A stretch of 64,000 bases of DNA from Clostridium sp. CAG:417 (GTDB lineage Bacteria; Bacillota_I; Bacilli_A; RF39; UBA660): the NCBI GenBank assembly GCA_000432835.1, contig FR890374.1, positions 25,485 through 89,484 of the forward strand, read 5' to 3'. Below are positions 1-11,152 of this stretch, one piece after another. The notes under the pieces are model-generated. The model had not been told where the DNA came from, made no database searches, and was given only the letters and a program-made list of their open reading frames with translations. A program made the position numbers and the translations under genes. Numbering within the stretch: position 1 is the first letter of the stretch; the number at the start of each line of letters is the position of its first letter.

Positions 1-961
1 CAAAACAACTTTAGTTATTGTTCCTATTGTGGCATCATTAAAAATACCTGTAGTTAAAATGAGTGGTAGAGGGTTAGGATATACTGGAGGTACTATTGAT
101 AAACTCGAATCTATTCCTGGTTTTAGAACTAACTTATCTGATCAAGAAATTTTTAGCAGTGTTTCTAAGGTAGGAGCAGTTATAACATCTCAAACTAAAA
201 ATTTAGTTGCACTTGATAAAATGGTATATGCTTTAAGAGATGTTACTGCGACTGTTTCATCTATTCCTTTAATAGCAGTTAGTATTATGAGTAAAAAAAT
301 AGCCTCTGGTGCTGATAAAATTATGTTGGATGTAAAATATGGAAATGGGGCACTTATTCATGATAAAGATGATGCTTTAAAACTTGCGCAACTTATGAAA
401 AAAATAGGTGAATACTATGGTAGAGAAGTTCGTTATATTTTATCAGATATGAATATGCCCCTTGGTTATAATATAGGTAATAGTCTAGAGGTAATTGAGG
501 CAGCACAAGTATTAAAAAATAATGTAAGAGGTCATTTGTTTGATGTTTGTGTTGAGTTAGCTAGTAACATGGTTAGTATGGGTAAAAATATAGATCTTAC
601 TACAGCTAGAAAGATGGTAATAGAAGTTATTGAAAATGGTGATGCTTACAATAAATTTATCCAAATAGTAACTAATCAGGGTGGAAATATTTCTTCTGTA
701 AAAATAAGTAATAAAGTGTCAAAAATAATTTCGCCTAAAAATGGTGTGGTAGAAGGAATTAGTGCAATAGAAATAGGAAAAATATCTTTGGGATTAGGAG
801 CCGGAAGGAAAGAACTTACTGATAAAATAGATTTTGGTGTAGGAATTAGTTTAAATGTTCAAATTGGAGATAAAATAAAAAAAGGTGATGTTATTGCGAC
901 AATCTATGGTGATGATAATTATCAAATTGACAATTTTGACAGTGTATTTAAAATAATTTAA
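1..961 (+). CDS. pdp: Pyrimidine-nucleoside (thymidine) phosphorylase, 5'-truncated at window edge
   Basis: Open frame runs from base 2 with no upstream stop. It contains SGRGLGYTGGTIDKLESIPGF, which matches the DeoA/Pdp phosphate-binding motif (SGRGLGHTGGTLDKLE), followed by the C-terminal alpha/beta domain. Confidence 0.85.
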   Translation, partial: KTTLVIVPIVASLKIPVVKMSGRGLGYTGGTIDKLESIPGFRTNLSDQEIFSSVSKVGAVITSQTKNLVALDKMVYALRDVTATVSSIPLIAVSIMSKKIASGADKIMLDVKYGNGALIHDKDDALKLAQLMKKIGEYYGREVRYILSDMNMPLGYNIGNSLEVIEAAQVLKNNVRGHLFDVCVELASNMVSMGKNIDLTTARKMVIEVIENGDAYNKFIQIVTNQGGNISSVKISNKVSKIISPKNGVVEGISAIEIGKISLGLGAGRKELTDKIDFGVGISLNVQIGDKIKKGDVIATIYGDDNYQIDNFDSVFKII

Positions 962-1028
962 AAAATAACTTTAAAAAGAGAAGTTTTGTGTTATACTATA
1001 GTTAAATATAAAGATAAGGAGAATTGTG

Positions 1029-2183
1029 ATGAAAAAGAAAAATTTTAGATTAGATGGTAAGTCTGGTGCTTCAATTATTCTTGGTGTTTTAGTATGTTTC
1101 TTTATGGTTACTGTTTTCGCTTTTAGTAATAAATTGAAGACTAGTTATGCTTTACCAACAAATTTAGATGCTAAAGATATTAGTGAAGTTAAGACAAAAT
1201 TAACACCTATTAATATAGCTGCTGGTTCTAAATTTGCAGATAGCGTTGTTATGGTAAATAAATTTACTTCAGAATTTAGCAAAGATAATGTTAACTATGT
1301 TGTTGATATGTTCTGTTTGGAACATGAAAAAGGTATGCCTGATGCTACTAAGTATGTTAAAGTAACTAATTCCGATAGTTATGTTGATGCAGGAATTGCT
1401 AATATTGTTAATAGAGCTTATGCAAGCGCTAAAGAAACTGTTAGTGGTTCAAATACTGTAATTACATTATCAAATGATGAATATTATATAGCTCAATCTG
1501 CTATTTGGATTTATCAAGAAATTTTAAATGCAAAAAATGCTGATATTGCAAAAATGTGGACTTCAGTTCAAGCATTAAAAGATACAAATGCGACTGCTAA
1601 AGCTATATATGATTATGTTGATAGCGCAAAGAATGTTAAATCTTCTAATTTAACTAATTCTATTAAATTATCAGATGGTAATCCAGAACTTAAATTAAGT
1701 GCGGATAAAAATTATTATGAAACTGGAGTTATGAGTGTAGCAGTTACTACTGCTGTTAATACTGAGTTCTCTGGATTCAAATTTACAATTAATTCTAATA
1801 ATTATACTACAACTGTAGTAGATGAAAATAATAATGAAATTACTGATTTAGCTACAATTGCTACTGGTAAAAAGTTTAAAATAAGAGTTGCAGCAACTAA
1901 TTTAAATGCTGGTAATGAAGCAACAATTACAGGAGATATCTCAGGTGTGTTTACAACTCATACATTCTTAGCATACCAAGATCAAGATAATCCAACAGAG
2001 TCACAGATTGCTTTATTAGTAACTAATAATTATAAAGAAACTACAGTACCATTAAAATTAAATATTAAAGTTCCTGATACTGGTTCAAATTATTCTAAGT
2101 ATATTTATATAGTTGGTACATTAGTATTAGTTATAGGTTTATCTGTAATTTATGTTAATACAAAGACAAGAAAAGAACAATAA
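1029..2183 (+). CDS. Cell-wall-anchored surface protein / pilin-like sortase substrate (VPDTG sorting signal)
   Basis: N-terminal signal peptide with RBS AAGGAGA upstream. The C-terminus is VPDTG, then a hydrophobic stretch, then a KTRKEQ tail, which is a classic sortase sorting signal. The mature part is Thr/Asn/Val-rich. Confidence 0.75.
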   Translation: MKKKNFRLDGKSGASIILGVLVCFFMVTVFAFSNKLKTSYALPTNLDAKDISEVKTKLTPINIAAGSKFADSVVMVNKFTSEFSKDNVNYVVDMFCLEHEKGMPDATKYVKVTNSDSYVDAGIANIVNRAYASAKETVSGSNTVITLSNDEYYIAQSAIWIYQEILNAKNADIAKMWTSVQALKDTNATAKAIYDYVDSAKNVKSSNLTNSIKLSDGNPELKLSADKNYYETGVMSVAVTTAVNTEFSGFKFTINSNNYTTTVVDENNNEITDLATIATGKKFKIRVAATNLNAGNEATITGDISGVFTTHTFLAYQDQDNPTESQIALLVTNNYKETTVPLKLNIKVPDTGSNYSKYIYIVGTLVLVIGLSVIYVNTKTRKEQ

Positions 2184-2823
2184 ACGTAAACAAGGGATTA
2201 AGAGGAGTCAAATTTTATTGTTTGGCTCTTTACTTGTATTTATTGGTATTATTACATTGTCCTATGGACATTTAAAAGTTTTAAAGGAACTAATATATGA
2301 AAATGTAAGATTATCACTTATAGATGCTAAAGAAGAAAAAAAAGAGGTAAAAAAAGAGGATGATAATCCAATAGTTCAGGAGACTCCTGTACAAGAAGAG
2401 AAGGTACAACAACCTAAAGTTTATTATAATTATATAGGATATTTAGAAATACCTAAAATTAAATTAAAGAGAGGTTTTGTTGATAGAAACTCTAAATACA
2501 ATAATATTCAATATAACGTTACTATTTCTGATGTTGCTAATATGCCAGATGTAGATAATGGAAATTTTATTTTATATGCTCATTCAGGAGATGCATATAT
2601 AGCTTATTTTGCCTTTTTATATAAGTTAAATATTGGTGATTATGCTTATGTTACTTGGAATAATCAAAAATACACATATCAATTAGTAAAAAAAGAAGAT
2701 TTACCTAAAACGGGTGTATTAGAAATTAATAGACCTAATACTAATACAAAAGAGTTGACACTTATTACATGTACGAAAGATAGTGATAGTCAACAATCTG
2801 TTTATTATTTTGATATAAGATAA
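2152..2823 (+). CDS. Sortase (class B/C-like transpeptidase)
   Basis: N-terminal membrane anchor, His in LYAHSG, catalytic Cys in TLITCT, and a C-terminal Arg. It lies immediately downstream of the VPDTG substrate and overlaps it. An alternative TTG start at 2218 follows AAGAGGAG. Confidence 0.75.
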   Translation: MLIQRQEKNNKRKQGIKRSQILLFGSLLVFIGIITLSYGHLKVLKELIYENVRLSLIDAKEEKKEVKKEDDNPIVQETPVQEEKVQQPKVYYNYIGYLEIPKIKLKRGFVDRNSKYNNIQYNVTISDVANMPDVDNGNFILYAHSGDAYIAYFAFLYKLNIGDYAYVTWNNQKYTYQLVKKEDLPKTGVLEINRPNTNTKELTLITCTKDSDSQQSVYYFDIR

Positions 2824-2839
2824 AAAGGAGTGGTAAAAT

Positions 2840-3418
2840 ATGTATATAGATTTATCTTTATTTGATAGATTAAAGATAGTTTTAAAGTATTTTACCTCTT
2901 CTTTTATGTCTATTGAATTAATTGTAATAGTTTTGTGTTTATTCTTATTTTTATTTTTTAATTTAAAACGTAACAAAAAAAGTGTAAACATATTTGTGCC
3001 AGTTGTTGTTTTATTATTTTTGGCTTTTATTTCTATGGGATTTCACGAGTATGCTATAGCAGCAATAAATGAAGTTGTTAAATTTTTAATCAATTATTAT
3101 TACTTTCCTTCAATGTCTTTTTATTTCGTAATTATGTTATTTACTACTATTTATTTAATTTATATAGTTTATAGTAATAAGTACTCTGATAGATTTAAAA
3201 TATTTAATTATATATTTTGCTTTATTTTATATGTTTTCTTTGTAGGATTATTTAGTTATATTGTTAGTAATAATTTATTACTTTCTATTGATTATGCTAT
3301 TTATAAAGATAAATATATACTTTCATTTGTGCAACTTAGTAATTTGATATTTTGGTTGTGGATGTTAATAACATTTTTTATTAAGATATATAATTATTTC
3401 AGAAAAAAGTTTGATTAG
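2840..3418 (+). CDS. Hypothetical polytopic membrane protein
   Basis: Very hydrophobic 192-aa ORF with 5-6 predicted TM helices. I recognise no motif. Confidence 0.45.
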   Translation: MYIDLSLFDRLKIVLKYFTSSFMSIELIVIVLCLFLFLFFNLKRNKKSVNIFVPVVVLLFLAFISMGFHEYAIAAINEVVKFLINYYYFPSMSFYFVIMLFTTIYLIYIVYSNKYSDRFKIFNYIFCFILYVFFVGLFSYIVSNNLLLSIDYAIYKDKYILSFVQLSNLIFWLWMLITFFIKIYNYFRKKFD

Positions 3419-3444
3419 ATTAAATACACGTATTTGTGTATTTT

Positions 3445-4266
3445 TTAATTTTTGTCAATAAATTTTATATAGTATTCATCAAATGTTATATTATGTGTGT
3501 GAATATATTTGGCTATATCCTTTCCAACATAACGATAATGCCATGACTCATAATTGTAACCGGTTATTTCTTCTTTATCTTTTGGATACCTTAAAATAAA
3601 TCCATATTTATAACAATTATTTATCATCCAAGTATAGGTTTTAGTTTGTTCAAAGGAAGTATAAGGTAGTAAATTATTATCTATATCAACTGCTAGTCCT
3701 GTTTGATGTTCTGAAAACCCTGGTCTGGCTGAATAGGCATCAGCCTCCTCTTTGCCATCAACGGCTACATAATCATTATATAATTTTTCTTGATATTGAT
3801 AGCTACGATAACTCGACATTACTCGTATATCATATCCTTCTTTTCTAGCTTCATGTACCATTATTTCTAACATATCCTTGGCACATTTTACTAATTTCAT
3901 GCCATTTCGTGAATAACTGGGATCTAAATCTACGAGATTATTTGGAGTATATTCGGGATTTAAGCTCCTATATTTATTTACTAAAATATTCGTTTTGTTT
4001 AATTTATCGGCTGGTTTTGTATTTGTATATGGTTTTTGGTCTAATCCTATATTTACTTTGATGATTACTTTTTCAAATTTTAGATTAGGATTTAGTAGTT
4101 GATATGTTTTATAACGTTTCTTGTATTCTTTTTTATAATACGGGTATTTTTTTACTTTACTGTTTTCTTCTATATTTTTATTGTTTGCTTTTTTTATAGG
4201 AACATTTAAAAGAATAGTGGTTATAACTAATAAAAATACTATAATAGCTAGATAAAATTTTTTCAT
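3445..4266 (-). CDS. VanY-family D-alanyl-D-alanine carboxypeptidase (peptidase M15B), membrane anchored
   Basis: N-terminal TM anchor plus the M15B motifs SSYRSYQYQ and SEHQTGLAVDI (H-x-x-G-x-A-x-D metal ligands) and ESWHYRY. Confidence 0.8.
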   Translation of the reverse strand: MKKFYLAIIVFLLVITTILLNVPIKKANNKNIEENSKVKKYPYYKKEYKKRYKTYQLLNPNLKFEKVIIKVNIGLDQKPYTNTKPADKLNKTNILVNKYRSLNPEYTPNNLVDLDPSYSRNGMKLVKCAKDMLEIMVHEARKEGYDIRVMSSYRSYQYQEKLYNDYVAVDGKEEADAYSARPGFSEHQTGLAVDIDNNLLPYTSFEQTKTYTWMINNCYKYGFILRYPKDKEEITGYNYESWHYRYVGKDIAKYIHTHNITFDEYYIKFIDKN

Positions 4267-4315
4267 GTTTCACCTCTATTATAGTAGATTAATTATCATT
4301 AAATGATATGCACAA

Positions 4316-5215
4316 TTATTTTTTATTTTCTATGAATCGTGCATAATATTCCTCAAAAGAAATATTGTTTTTGTGGATGTATTTAGCTATATCTTTTCCA
4401 ACATAACGATAATGCCATGATTCATATATATATCCTGTTTCATTTACCTTGTCTTTAGGAAATCTTAAGATAAATCCATACTTATAGGCATTTTCTTGCA
4501 TCCAGTTAAATTCTTCGGTATTTTCGAAATCTGTATAAACTTTTTTTCCATTATGTATGTCAACAGCAAGTCCTGTTTGATGTTCCGAATATCCTGGTCT
4601 TGCTGAGTATGTATCTGCTTCTTCTTTGCTATTTTCTTCGGCATATTGATTATAAAGTTTTACTTGATACTCATAACTTCTGTAACTAGAGGTAACGAGT
4701 ATGGTCATGTTATCTTTTTTTGCTGCATTAATTAATTCTTCAAGCGCTGATTTAGCTACGTTAGTTAATTTCATACCACTTCTAGAATATGATAAAGGAA
4801 GACTTTCAAGATTTTCTGGAACGTATTTTTCACCAACATAATAGTATTTATTTACTAAAATATATTCTTTATTTAAATATTTTGAAGGAATTATTTTTTC
4901 ATAAAATTTATAATCTAGGTTCATGTTGACGTTTAAAACTATCTGTTTATCACTAAGATTATTATTTTTCTTTTTATAATTAATATATCTATCTAAGTAG
5001 TTATAGTTAAAATAATTAACTTTTTTATCAATGTTATTTAGTTTTTCTAATTTAATTTCTTTTGTACTTAGTGTTTTTTGAGGTTTATTTTTATGACTTA
5101 TTTCTTTAACTACCATTCGTGTTAGAAGCGTTACTGATCCTATAAGGACAATTATAGTAAGACAAAGAATCATAAAATTTTTTTTATGTAGTTTCAGTCT
5201 CTTTTTCTTTTTCAT
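4316..5215 (-). CDS. VanY-family D-alanyl-D-alanine carboxypeptidase, tandem paralog
   Basis: Same motifs as its neighbour (SSYRSYEYQ, SEHQTGLAVDI, ESWHYRYVGKDIAKYIH). The catalytic half is about 55-60% identical to the adjacent gene. It has its own TM anchor. Confidence 0.8.
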   Translation of the reverse strand: MKKKKRLKLHKKNFMILCLTIIVLIGSVTLLTRMVVKEISHKNKPQKTLSTKEIKLEKLNNIDKKVNYFNYNYLDRYINYKKKNNNLSDKQIVLNVNMNLDYKFYEKIIPSKYLNKEYILVNKYYYVGEKYVPENLESLPLSYSRSGMKLTNVAKSALEELINAAKKDNMTILVTSSYRSYEYQVKLYNQYAEENSKEEADTYSARPGYSEHQTGLAVDIHNGKKVYTDFENTEEFNWMQENAYKYGFILRFPKDKVNETGYIYESWHYRYVGKDIAKYIHKNNISFEEYYARFIENKK

Positions 5216-5378
5216 ACTCTCACCTTAATTATATAATAACATTAAATACTTCAATTGTTTTTTATTTGTGCTTATTTTTACGTCAACTTTATTTAAATTA
5301 ATAGTTATTAATATTAATTATATTATTTATGAGATATACTTTTGTTATGTAGTAAATATTATTTGGTAGGAATTTTTT

Positions 5379-6611
5379 ATGGAAGAAGAAAAGAAAAAAA
5401 GTCGAAAAAAGATAATTTTTTTAGTGGGCATAATTTTTTTAGTAGTTTTTATTTTAAGTGTTGTTATTTTTTTACTTTTAAAGGCTAACTATTACAATAA
5501 TTATGTTTTAAAAAGTATATATGTAGATAAATATAATATATCAGATGTTAAGTTTAATGATTTAAATGATAAAATAGATCAAATTTCAGCAGAAATTTTA
5601 AAGAAAAATATAAGTTTGAATGTTTCATCTAATACTTTTAGTGCTTCATATGAGGAACTTGGAATAGCACTTGATAAAGATAGTTTGATAAAAGAAATTA
5701 AAGATTATCAAAAGGGGTTGGGAATAAACAAACTTGAATATTTTTTAGGAAATAAAAAACATGTTTTTAAATATAGGCTAGTTGTGGATGAGGAAAAGTT
5801 ACGAATAAAATTACAGGAATTTAAAAATAAATATGACTTTAGTGGTAGTGATTGGAGATTTGAAATTGATGATAATAGGAATGTAAAATTTGTAGCTGCT
5901 CAAAATGGTATTTTTTTAAATATTGATAAATCGGTGGAAGTTATTAAAACGGAGTGCAAGAAGGGAAATCTTAAAAATTCAATTACATTAAAATATGATG
6001 TTTTAGAAAAAGCAAATCGTGACAGTTATAAATATATTGATACTAAGATATCTGAATTTACAACTTTATTTAATCCTTATATATCTAGAGCTACAAATCT
6101 AAAAATGGCTTTAAGTCATATAGATGGTGCGGTGATAGAACCGGGCGAAGTGTTTTCATTTTATAAATATGCTGGTCCATATAATAGAAAGGGTTATGTT
6201 TTTTATTATGAATATGTTGGTAATGGGGTTTGTCAAATAGCAACTACTATATATAATACTGCCTTATTAGGTGGTTTGGAAATAGTTAGACGTTATCCTC
6301 ATGCCGCTTTACCGGTATACGTTCCAGGTGGGCTTGATGCGACCGTAGCAAGTTACGCTAATGGTGGATATGTTGATTTCCAGTTTAAAAATACATATAA
6401 ATATCCTATATATATTTCAGCATATGCAAAGGGTGGCGAAGCTCATGTTGATTTTTGGTCTAACAGTATGGCAAAAGAGGGTAAAACTTATACCACAGAA
6501 TCAGTAAAAATAGGGTATTTAGGATATAATACATATTTGCATGTTTTTGAAAACGGTCAAGAAATAGAAAAACGTAAAATAGCAACAACCTGGTATAGCA
6601 AAAGCAGCTAA
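5379..6611 (+). CDS. VanW-domain protein
   Basis: N-terminal TM and a C-terminal VanW-like region ([20 protein letters not shown]...[28 protein letters not shown]). It is transcribed divergently from the VanY pair. Confidence 0.7.
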   Translation: MEEEKKKSRKKIIFLVGIIFLVVFILSVVIFLLLKANYYNNYVLKSIYVDKYNISDVKFNDLNDKIDQISAEILKKNISLNVSSNTFSASYEELGIALDKDSLIKEIKDYQKGLGINKLEYFLGNKKHVFKYRLVVDEEKLRIKLQEFKNKYDFSGSDWRFEIDDNRNVKFVAAQNGIFLNIDKSVEVIKTECKKGNLKNSITLKYDVLEKANRDSYKYIDTKISEFTTLFNPYISRATNLKMALSHIDGAVIEPGEVFSFYKYAGPYNRKGYVFYYEYVGNGVCQIATTIYNTALLGGLEIVRRYPHAALPVYVPGGLDATVASYANGGYVDFQFKNTYKYPIYISAYAKGGEAHVDFWSNSMAKEGKTYTTESVKIGYLGYNTYLHVFENGQEIEKRKIATTWYSKSS

Positions 6612-6682
6612 AAAAATTTATATTTATTATTTTCAAGACCTCTTTTGTATGTTATTCTATTCTTATAGAAGGTGTTGGTAGT

Positions 6683-9073
6683 ATGAGTAATCTTTATATT
6701 CCTGGATGTGCATTTTTCATTAGTTTATTATTGTTAATTTTATTTTATTCAAAGAAAAGAGTTAACAACATTGAAACAAAAATATATTTATATTTGTTGC
6801 TTACTAACGTTTTAGATACAGTATTGATGTTGATAATATTATGTCTTTATTACTTTAACTATGATTTAACTTTTCTTTCCTTTCTTAGTAAATTTGAATA
6901 TTTAGCTTTATTAGTGTGGATATGGTTGTTTTTTATTTATGTTATTTATTATTTGTTCTTTGACGGGAGAAAGGAAGAAGATAGCTTTAACAATATAACA
7001 AAAATTACGGGATTGATTACTTTTTTTGCAGCAATTTTGATTCTTTTCTTACCTGTTTCTATCTATAGTAGTGATGGCATCATGTATAGTTATGGTCCAG
7101 CTCTTAATGTCGTTTATTATTTATCACTTTTATATTCAGTTTTAGCTATTATTTTAATATTTTTCTTTAGGAAGAAATGTCTTAATAAGAAAAAGTTTCA
7201 TTTATATTCGTTTATTGTGTTAGCTTCTATATTTTTTGTTGTTAGGTATTTTCACCCCGAAGTTATGTTGATTGCATTTTTGTTATCTTATTTAGATTTA
7301 ATTATGTATTTTACTATCGAAAATCCGGATGCTAAGTTGTTGAGTGAATTACGATTAGCTAAAGAACAAGCAGAAATTGCTAATAGAGCTAAAACAGATT
7401 TTTTATCAAATATGTCTCATGAAATTAGAACACCACTGAATGCAATTGTTGGATTCAGTGATTGCATATTGGAAGAGGAAGATTTAGAGAGTGCAAAAAA
7501 TGACGCTAAAGATGTTAAGATGGCTAGTCAAAATTTGTTAGAAATAGTTAATGGAATATTAGATATTTCTAAGATTGAAGCTAATAAAATGGAAATTGTT
7601 GAGGCAAATTATGAACCACGAGATTTATTTTTAAATATTGTTAAATTAGTTAAGCCTAGAATAGGAGAAAAACCGGTAGAATTTAATGTCCATATTGCTG
7701 ATGATTTGCCGCATATTTTATATGGTGATGGAACAAAAGTAAAACAGGTTGTTACTAATATTTTAACGAATGCTTGTAAATATACTGATAAAGGTAAAGT
7801 GGATTTTGTTGTTAGTTGTATTAATCAACGTAATTTATGTAATTTGGTTATTTCAGTAAAGGATACTGGAAGAGGAATTAAAGAAGAAAATGTAGATAAG
7901 TTATTTACCAAATTTGATAGGTTAGAGGAAGATAAGAATTCTACAATAGATGGAACTGGACTTGGACTTGTTATTACTAAATCATTAGTAGAACTAATGG
8001 GTGGTAGAATAGTCGTACAGAGTAAATATGGTGTTGGTTCTAAGTTTACAATTTATCTTAGTCAACAAATAATTGAAAAAGAAAGTGGAATGACATCTAT
8101 CATTAAACCTAAAGATATGGTGTTAGATCTTAGTGATAAAAAGATATTAATAGTAGATGATAATTTACTTAATATAAAAGTGGAGGAGAAGCTTCTTTCA
8201 AAATATAGGGCTATAGTTGATGTAGCACAAAGTGGTATGGAGTGTATTCAAAAAATATATAATGGTCAAGTTTATGATATGATTTTGATGGATGATATGA
8301 TGCCTCAAATGAGTGGCGTTGAAACATTTCATAAATTAAAAGATAACCCTAATTTTAATATGACTACGATTGCACTTACAGCTAATGCTATTTCTGGAAT
8401 GAAAGAAAAATATTTAAGTGAAGGATTTGATGGTTATTTGTCTAAACCTGTAGCAAAAGATGATCTTGATCAACTTTTAAGAGAGTTTTTTAATACAGGT
8501 ACCTTAGTTACTAATTTTAATAAAAAAAGAGTACATTATGATCCATTGCCAAATGATATTTATATAATTAATAAAAGTGATATTGAAAAACAGGGTCTTA
8601 GTGTAGATGAAGCGACAGTAGAAATAGATATTAATGATTTAACTACTTTGGGTAATACAAGTACAGTTACTTTTGATATTAATTATCCAGATGATGATAT
8701 TGATAGTAATAATTATCTCAATAAAGAGTATTTGGAGCAAAATGGGATAAATGTAGATGATAGTATTTTGTTATTAGGTGATTTAGATACTTATAATGAA
8801 ACGGTTACGGGCTTTGTGGAGGAAATACCGGCAAAAGTTTCTAGATTAAAAAATGCTTTCAATAATGATGATTTAAATGGTTATGCGATTGAGGCACATT
8901 CTATTAAAAGTGATAGTAAATATTTAGGCTTTATTAATTTAGCTGAGACGTCTTTTCAACATGAAATTCATGCTAAAGAAGGAGATGTTAATTTTATAAG
9001 GGAAAATTATGAAAAATATTTAGAGGAAATTGAAAGAATTACGAAGATTTTAAAGAATTATTTGGCAAAGTAG
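6683..9073 (+). CDS. Hybrid sensor histidine kinase (multi-TM sensor, HisKA, HATPase, REC, HPt)
   Basis: About 6 N-terminal TM helices. H-box [17 protein letters not shown]. HATPase N/G boxes ([31 protein letters not shown]). Receiver domain ([11 protein letters not shown]...[13 protein letters not shown]...LSKP). C-terminal HPt ([13 protein letters not shown]). No response regulator gene is adjacent. Confidence 0.85.
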   Translation: MSNLYIPGCAFFISLLLLILFYSKKRVNNIETKIYLYLLLTNVLDTVLMLIILCLYYFNYDLTFLSFLSKFEYLALLVWIWLFFIYVIYYLFFDGRKEEDSFNNITKITGLITFFAAILILFLPVSIYSSDGIMYSYGPALNVVYYLSLLYSVLAIILIFFFRKKCLNKKKFHLYSFIVLASIFFVVRYFHPEVMLIAFLLSYLDLIMYFTIENPDAKLLSELRLAKEQAEIANRAKTDFLSNMSHEIRTPLNAIVGFSDCILEEEDLESAKNDAKDVKMASQNLLEIVNGILDISKIEANKMEIVEANYEPRDLFLNIVKLVKPRIGEKPVEFNVHIADDLPHILYGDGTKVKQVVTNILTNACKYTDKGKVDFVVSCINQRNLCNLVISVKDTGRGIKEENVDKLFTKFDRLEEDKNSTIDGTGLGLVITKSLVELMGGRIVVQSKYGVGSKFTIYLSQQIIEKESGMTSIIKPKDMVLDLSDKKILIVDDNLLNIKVEEKLLSKYRAIVDVAQSGMECIQKIYNGQVYDMILMDDMMPQMSGVETFHKLKDNPNFNMTTIALTANAISGMKEKYLSEGFDGYLSKPVAKDDLDQLLREFFNTGTLVTNFNKKRVHYDPLPNDIYIINKSDIEKQGLSVDEATVEIDINDLTTLGNTSTVTFDINYPDDDIDSNNYLNKEYLEQNGINVDDSILLLGDLDTYNETVTGFVEEIPAKVSRLKNAFNNDDLNGYAIEAHSIKSDSKYLGFINLAETSFQHEIHAKEGDVNFIRENYEKYLEEIERITKILKNYLAK

Positions 9074-9104
9074 TTCTTTTTTCTTTATTATGATGGGTTA
9101 GAAG

Positions 9105-9113
9105 TGTTATAAT
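9105..9113 (+). promoter_or_regulatory. Candidate extended -10 element (TGTTATAAT) upstream of the glycopolymer cluster
   Basis: TGnTATAAT lies 34 nt upstream of the first GT start. There is no good -35. Confidence 0.3.
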
Positions 9114-9146
9114 GATTTTAGATACATTAAATTAAGGCGGTATATT

Positions 9147-10235
9147 ATGAAGAAAAAGTTATTGTTTACAGCATATAGTCTTGATATCGGTGGAATAGAG
9201 AGTGCTTTAGTTAATTTATTAAATTATATAGATTATGATAAGTATGAAGTTTGTTTGGTTTTGGAAAAAATGAGTGGTTACTTATTAAAGAAGGTTAACA
9301 AAAATGTTCAAATAAGTGAGTTTAGGGTTTCAAATCATAAAAATATTATTTTCAGAAAAGCAATTAATTTAATACATCAATTATCTTTTTTTCTAAAAAA
9401 TTATCATAAATATGACTTTAGTTGTTGTTATGCTACATATAGTTTTAGTTGCAATAAATTAGCAAGACTTGCTTCTAAAAACAATTCTATTTATGTTCAT
9501 AGTAATTATAGACAACTGTATGATGAGAATAGTTTTAAAAACTTTTTTGATAAAAGAAATATTAATAAGTTCAAAACAATCTTTTTTGTTTCTAATGAAT
9601 CTAAGAGAGACTTTTTGGAGATATATAGTGCACTTGCAGATAGAAGTGTAGTTATTAATAATTTTGTGGATGTTAAGTCTATAAAAGAAAAAAGTCTTGA
9701 AAAGATAACTTTAAAAAAGAAGAAATGCGAAACATTATTTGTCTATGTAGGTAGGCTTGATGATACATCTAAAAAATTAGGACGCGCTATTAACTTGATA
9801 GATAAAATTGATAATACAAAATTATTGATTGTTGGGAGTGGTCCTGATGATACAAAATATCGGAATTTAGTTAAACAAAAAAGTCTTTTAGATAGAGTTA
9901 TTTTTGTAGGAAGAAGAACTAATCCATACCCTTATATGTTACAGGCAGATTATATTATTTTAACGTCTGACTATGAGGGCTTTCCGGTTACTTATTTGGA
10001 GGCAATAGTTTTAGAAAAAAGAATAATTACTACCATAGATGTAAGCGATGATAAAATTAATATGGGAAAAGACTATGCTGAAATAGTTTCTAAGAATGAA
10101 GATATAATGGTACAAGAAGTTAAGACAATTTTAGAAAAACCTAGAAAAATAAAAAAAATCGACCTTGCTTTGATTCAAAAAGAAAGAAGTAAAGAATTAG
10201 AAAAATATTTTGATGGTGGTGATATAGATGACTAA
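9147..10235 (+). CDS. Glycosyltransferase family 1/4
   Basis: N-terminal SLDIGGIE motif and the C-terminal GT-B E-x7-E region (YEGFPVTYLEAIVLEK). Confidence 0.75.
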   Translation: MKKKLLFTAYSLDIGGIESALVNLLNYIDYDKYEVCLVLEKMSGYLLKKVNKNVQISEFRVSNHKNIIFRKAINLIHQLSFFLKNYHKYDFSCCYATYSFSCNKLARLASKNNSIYVHSNYRQLYDENSFKNFFDKRNINKFKTIFFVSNESKRDFLEIYSALADRSVVINNFVDVKSIKEKSLEKITLKKKKCETLFVYVGRLDDTSKKLGRAINLIDKIDNTKLLIVGSGPDDTKYRNLVKQKSLLDRVIFVGRRTNPYPYMLQADYIILTSDYEGFPVTYLEAIVLEKRIITTIDVSDDKINMGKDYAEIVSKNEDIMVQEVKTILEKPRKIKKIDLALIQKERSKELEKYFDGGDIDD

Positions 10236-11148
10236 GTATAGTATCATTATTCCTGTTTATAATGTAGAAAAATATATAAGGAAATGTTTGGATAGTGTTT
10301 TTAGTCAAACTGATAAGGATTTTGAGGTAATAGTTGTTAATGATGGAACCAAAGATAATTCAATGGATATTGTAAAAAAATATGATGTCAAAATTATTAA
10401 TCAGAAAAATCAAGGGTTAAGTGCGGCAAGAAATAGGGGAGTAAAAGAGGCTGTTGGAGATTATTTAATATTTTTAGATAGTGATGATTACTGGGAAAAA
10501 AACATTTTAAAAGAATTAAGTAAATCCTTAAAAAATAATCCTGATTTAGTAAGATTTCAGATAAAGCAAGTTGATGAAAATGATAATAGTATGTGTTACA
10601 ATGAAGAAGGATTCAAAGGACTTGCTGGAGAAGAGGCCTTTAGTAAAATAGTTAAATATCATTTTGTTGAAAATGCCTGGGCTTATTGTATAAAAAGAAA
10701 ATATTGGCTAGAAAATAAATTTCAATTTGCTAAGGGAAGAATTCATGAGGATTTTGGTATAATACCGCTTGTAATTATTAAAGCTACCAAGGTTAATTCA
10801 ATAGAATATGTTGGGTATAATTATTTTCAAAGATCTAATTCAATTATGAATAATGGAGATTACGAAAAGACAAAAAGAAAAGTTGAAGACTTTTACCAAC
10901 ATTATTTATATTTAAGAGATGAAATTAATAAGACTAATTTAGATAAACAGGTGTTTATGAGTTTTATAGCTAATTCATTAATTATAAAAATAACAGAGCT
11001 AAATAATCCTTTGTATAAAGAATATAAGACTAGATTGAAAAGAGATGGAGTCTTTAATGATATTTTAGATGATACAATAACTAGAAAGTTAAAAAAAATT
11101 GTTATGAAGGTTAGTCCAAAGTTATTTAAAAAAGTGGGTAGGAGGTAG
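10228..11148 (+). CDS. Glycosyltransferase family 2
   Basis: YSIIIPVYNVEKYIRKCLDSV...VIVVNDGTKDNS...DSDD, which is the GT-A DxD signature. Confidence 0.8.
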   Translation: MTKYSIIIPVYNVEKYIRKCLDSVFSQTDKDFEVIVVNDGTKDNSMDIVKKYDVKIINQKNQGLSAARNRGVKEAVGDYLIFLDSDDYWEKNILKELSKSLKNNPDLVRFQIKQVDENDNSMCYNEEGFKGLAGEEAFSKIVKYHFVENAWAYCIKRKYWLENKFQFAKGRIHEDFGIIPLVIIKATKVNSIEYVGYNYFQRSNSIMNNGDYEKTKRKVEDFYQHYLYLRDEINKTNLDKQVFMSFIANSLIIKITELNNPLYKEYKTRLKRDGVFNDILDDTITRKLKKIVMKVSPKLFKKVGRR

Positions 11149-11152
11149 TATT

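Noticed and set aside
2719-2991. 90-aa minus-strand ORF overlapping the sortase 3' end
   Set aside because: Lys/Asn-rich translation of an A/T-rich antisense strand. It overlaps two well-supported + strand genes and has no RBS.
9469-9651. 60-aa + strand ORF inside the GT4 gene in another frame
   Set aside because: Embedded out-of-frame within a gene with clear GT motifs. Low-complexity hydrophobic product.
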